Shown: positions 61,182-64,000 of the stretch, one piece after another
How the letters are laid out: each line of letters opens with the position of its first letter
Numbering within the stretch: the stretch's first letter is position 1
From: an uncultured Chloroflexia bacterium
Lineage (GTDB): Bacteria; Chloroflexota; Limnocylindria; Limnocylindrales; CSP1-4
Reading direction: 5' to 3'
Length of the DNA stretch: 64,000 nucleotides
NCBI GenBank assembly: GCA_963813335.1
Contig: CAWEYL010000003.1
Location: 224,001-288,000 of the forward strand
Program-made: the position numbers and the translations under genes
Notes under the pieces: model-generated
What the model was told of the DNA's origin: nothing
Databases searched by the model: none
Seen by the model: only the letters and a program-made list of their open reading frames with translations

Positions 61182-63036
61182 ATGGACCTGCACGTCATCG
61201 GGCCACTGGCCTCGCCCGCCGAGCGGGCCGCCGTGGACGCCGTCCTGGGGCCGCCGGAGTCGGGCTGGGTCGGCGGGCGGCGGGACGCCGCGAACCAGGG
61301 CCATGCCGCCACCGGCGGCCACGCGGTCCGAGCCCGCCGCTCGCAGCTGCTGCCGGCGCTGCACGCCGTCCAGTCGCGGGTCGGCTGGATCAGCCAGCCG
61401 GCACTGAACTACATCTCGAAGCGCCTGGCCGTGCCGCCCGCCGAGGCCTATGGCGTCGCGACCTTCTATGCCATGTTCGCGACCAAGCCGCGGCCACCGG
61501 TCGTGGCCCATGTGTGCGACGACATCGCCTGCCGGATCGCCGGCGGGGAGGAGATCTGTGCGGATCTGACGCGGTCGCTTGGTGCGGCCGGCGAGCCGGC
61601 ACGGGACGGGCGCATCGGGTGGCTGCGCTCGCCCTGTCTGGGGCTGTGCGACCGGGCCCCAGCGGCCCTGATGACAGCGGCCGGTGAGACGCCCGCGACG
61701 ATCGGCGTCGGGCCGGTCGATGCGGCGACGGTCCTGGCCCTGCTCGAGTCAGACCACGGCTGGAACGAGTACCGCTGGACCGACGGTGACGAGCGGGAAA
61801 CCGCCGACCTCCGTCTGCTGCGACGAGTCGGCGTCGTCGACCCGTCGTCGCTCGACGACTACCGGGCAAACGGTGGCTACGCGGCGCTCACCCGGGCGCT
61901 CGGGATCGGTGCCGAGGCGGTCATCGCCGAGGTCACCGCATCGAAGCTCATGGGGCGCGGGGGAGCGGCCTTCCCCACCGGCCGCAAGTGGGCCGCGGTC
62001 GCGACCCAGCCCGCGCAGCCGCACTACCTCGTGTGCAACGCCGACGAATCCGAGCCCGGCACGTTCAAGGATCGCGTGCTGCTCGAAGGCGATCCGTTCG
62101 CCGTCGTCGAGGCGATGACGATCGCCGCATTCGCGACGGGCGCGTCGATGGGCTACCTCTACATCCGCGGCGAGTACCCGGCGGCCGAGGCGAGCATCCG
62201 CGTCGCGATCGAGTCAGCGCGCCGAGGCGGCCTGCTCGGGACTGACATCCTGGGCTCCGGCTTCGCGTTCGACATCGAGCTCCGGCGCGGCGCCGGGGCG
62301 TACATCTGCGGCGAGGAGACCGCGCTCTTCGAGTCGATCGAAGGCAAGCGCGGCGAGCCGCGCAACAAGCCGCCGTTCCCGGTCGAGGTGGGGCTGTTCG
62401 GCAAGCCGACGGTCGTCAACAACGTCGAGACGCTGGCCAACATCCCGCTGATCCTGTCGATGGGCGGCGAGGCCTACGCGAGGATCGGCACCGAGGGCTC
62501 GACCGGTCCGAAGCTCTTCTGCCTGTCCGGCCACGTCGAGCGGCCCGGGACCTACGAGGTCGAGTTCGGGGCGACGCTGCGCGACCTCATCGAGCTGGCC
62601 GGTGGCGTCCAGGGCGGCGCGCTCGATCAAGGCGATCCTCCTGGGCGGGGCGGCCGGCGTCTTCGTCGGGCCGGAGTCGCTCGACCTGCCGCTGACGTTC
62701 GAGGCGACGCGCGCCGCCGGGGCGACGCTCGGGTCGGGCGTGATCATGGTCTTCGACGAGACCGTCGACCTCGTGGACACGCTCCGGCGGATCGCCCAGT
62801 TCTTCCGCGACGAGTCGTGCGGCCAGTGCGTCCCGTGCCGGGTCGGCAGCGTGCGCCAGGAGGAGCTGCTGGCGCGGCTGGCGGCCGGGAGCCGCGTCCG
62901 GCCACGGGACGAGGAGCTGGCACTCCTCAAGGAGATCGGCCAGGTCATGCGCGACGCGTCCATCTGCGGGCTGGGACAGACGGCGTCGTCGGCGATCGAA
63001 TCGGCGCTCCGCCAGCCGGACCTGGTGGCGATATGA
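61182..63036 (+). CDS. NuoE/NuoF-like fused diaphorase subunit (FDH gamma/beta; frameshift near 62615)
   Basis: LLPALH, VATFY, CDDIAC, CLGLC, GRGGAAFPTG, NADESEPGTFKDR, GAGAYICGEET, ESCGQCVPCR and SICGLG. Confidence 0.92.
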
Positions 63037-64000
63037 CCCACGATCCGGGCGGACACGCGCCGCGCCAGGAGCCGCCGCCCGTGCCGCTCACGCCGATCCT
63101 GCTGTCGCCCCCGGCACGGGCCACGCGCACGCCGATGCCGCCACCCGTCGAGGCGCCGCCCGCGATCGGCCTGACCATCGACGGCGAGGCGGTCTCGGTG
63201 CCCGCCGGCACGACGATCCTCGGCGCCTGCCGCCAGCAGGGCATCGACACGCCGACCCTCTGCTACGCCGACAACCTGACGCCGGTCAACGTCTGCCGGG
63301 TCTGCGTCGTCGAAGTGACGGGATCGCGCGTGCTGGTCCCCGCCTGCTCGCGCCCGGTCGAGGCCGGCATGGAGGTCCAGACCGACTCGGAGCGGGTGCG
63401 GACGTCGCGCAAGATGGTGCTCGAGTTCCTGGGGTCGTCGGTCGACATCTCGCTCGCCGGCGCCGCCGCGCCGGACGGCTCGACCGCGGCGTATGCCGAG
63501 CGCTATGGCGCCGATCCGACGAGGTACGGGCCGCCCGCGACGCCGGCTGCCGCAGGCGAGCGCGATGCGCACGAGCCGGGCCACCACCACGCCGCGGCCG
63601 GGGACGCGACGGCGGCGACGGTCGCCCAGCCCACCAAGATCGACAACGAGCTCTACGTCCGCGACTACTCGAAGTGCATCCTCTGCTACAAGTGCGTCGA
63701 GGCCTGCGGCGAGGACGCCCAGAACACGTTCGCGATCGCGGTCGCCGGGCGCGGCTTCGATGCGCGCATCTCGACCGAGCAGGCCGTCCCCCTGCCCGAG
63801 AGCGCGTGCGTCTACTGCGGCAACTGCATCGGCGTCTGCCCGACCGGGGCGCTGATGGCCAAGCCCGAGTACGACATGCGCGAGGCCGGGACGTGGGACC
63901 CGTCGCAGCAGACCGTGACCGAGACCATCTGCCCGTACTGCGGCGTCGGCTGCGTCGTGGAGCTCCACGTCCAGGACGAGAAGATCCTCAAGGTGACCTC
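63033..64000 (+). CDS. FDH Fe-S subunit (NuoG N-terminus-like; runs off right edge)
   Basis: PTLC..CRVCVVE..C (2Fe-2S), CILCYKC, CVYCGNCIGVCP and TICPYCGVGC. Confidence 0.9.
   Translation, partial: MTHDPGGHAPRQEPPPVPLTPILLSPPARATRTPMPPPVEAPPAIGLTIDGEAVSVPAGTTILGACRQQGIDTPTLCYADNLTPVNVCRVCVVEVTGSRVLVPACSRPVEAGMEVQTDSERVRTSRKMVLEFLGSSVDISLAGAAAPDGSTAAYAERYGADPTRYGPPATPAAAGERDAHEPGHHHAAAGDATAATVAQPTKIDNELYVRDYSKCILCYKCVEACGEDAQNTFAIAVAGRGFDARISTEQAVPLPESACVYCGNCIGVCPTGALMAKPEYDMREAGTWDPSQQTVTETICPYCGVGCVVELHVQDEKILKVT

Noticed and set aside
1-64000. Prophage, IS element, CRISPR array or rRNA
   Set aside because: No integrase, transposase, phage structural gene, repeat-spacer array or rRNA-like sequence was recognised

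Overview
Very GC-rich bacterial chromosome segment. The gene style suggests Chloroflexota, possibly Limnocylindria/Ellin6529 (inference). From left to right it carries: psuG, an S9 peptidase and a PfkB kinase; a pentose-phosphate operon (tkt, rpiB, pgi, gnd, zwf, opcA, pgl) with two toxin-antitoxin pairs inserted; citrate synthase, corA and transporters; a probable 6S RNA behind a DnaA-box-like cluster; an SbcD/Mre11 + membrane-anchored SMC pair; and the full selenocysteine set (selA, selB, selC, selD) with mobA. The sel cluster is split by a sugar-utilisation island flanked by copies of the tRNA-Sec 3' end. Next come a two-component system, an uncharacterised operon (ferredoxin-fused GltD-like flavoprotein plus two paralogous membrane proteins), and a split UGA/SECIS selenocysteine formate dehydrogenase with NuoEF-like and Fe-S subunits. 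About 19 single-base frameshifts in conserved genes point to long-read indel errors, so several long ORFs in the supplied track are artefactual fusions. No rRNA, CRISPR array, integrase or transposase was seen.
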